This document shows positions 63,441 to 64,000 of a stretch of DNA of 64,000 nt, piece after piece. The position numbers and the translations under genes are program-made. The stretch is taken from contig NC_068990.1 of assembly GCF_001194135.2 (NCBI RefSeq), positions 20,983,792-21,047,791 on the forward strand, given 5' to 3'. The notes under the pieces are model-generated. The model was not told where the DNA came from, did no database searches, and saw only the letters and a list, made by a program, of their open reading frames with translations. Each line of letters starts with the position of its first letter. Position 1 is the first letter of the stretch. Source of the stretch: Octopus bimaculoides. Lineage: Eukaryota.

Positions 63441-63715
63441 TGAGCTGTCATCATTTTCAAACCCGGTGTAAATCATTATTACCCAGGTAACTCTTTTTCA
63501 ATATTCAAATGTCTTCCAGTCCTCCATGTCAGTTAACCTTTTCTCTACTATAACTTTATAATCTTATTGCTCTCCAACTCCGTTGACGGATCACTAATAT
63601 ATCTATTCCCGAATAACGAGCCCTAAAAGTCGCCATATATAACCCGACCACGCTGTATTTGCACAAAACCAACGGCTGTGTAAAATATGTATTATAGAAA
63701 TGTTTTAACAATGAT

Positions 63716-64000
63716 CTTTTTCTTTTACTTGTTTCAGTCATTAGATTGCGGTCATGCTGTGGCACCACCTTCAAGAATTTTTAGTCGAACGAATCGACTC
63801 AGAACTTATGTTTTGTAAAGATTGATGCTTATTCTGTCGGTCTCTTTTGCCGAAGCGATAAGTAAGGGAACCGAAAACACACCAACACCGGTTGTCAAGC
63901 GGTGTTGGGGACAAACACTGACACGATGACACACACACAAGAACACACCTATATATACATATGTGATAAGCTTCTATCAGTTTCCGTCTACGAAAGCTAC
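63716..64000 (-). mobile_element. SINE family 2 copy running off the window end
   Basis: TTTCAGTCATTAGATTGCGGTCATGCTG...CCGGTTGTCAAGCG...CAGTTTCCGTCTAC. Confidence 0.8.

Overview
Eukaryotic, AT-rich DNA saturated with repeats and broken by about 19 N-runs, most of them next to (TA)n-type microsatellites. I cannot support any host protein-coding exon, rRNA, true tRNA gene or CRISPR array, so the window looks intronic or intergenic. The SINE families resemble those I associate with octopod cephalopods; this is an inference, not a database result. The window holds: (i) dozens of copies of several tRNA-headed SINE families; (ii) decayed non-LTR retrotransposon fragments, namely five R4/Dong-like RT-RLE pieces tied to (TAA)n or (GAA)n tracts, one CR1-group RT, one zinc-knuckle ORF1 and one possible L1/Tx1 ORF2 tail; (iii) decayed DNA transposons (Tc1, maT/mariner-like, hAT, and a hAT-type MITE); (iv) very many microsatellites. 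The most striking signal is a set of type I hammerhead-ribozyme (HHR) motifs in four different short-repeat contexts. A tRNA-headed SINE with an HHR in its tail and an inverted 5' arm (1113-1525) is inserted, with a perfect 12-bp target-site duplication, across the cleavage site of a second HHR (1071-1112 plus 1538-1539). A near-canonical HHR with an extended helix I lies at 23242-23312. Two copies of a fourth family carry core-variant HHRs (24590-24625 and 33663-33698). All folds were made by eye and no activity was tested. TE boundaries are approximate.
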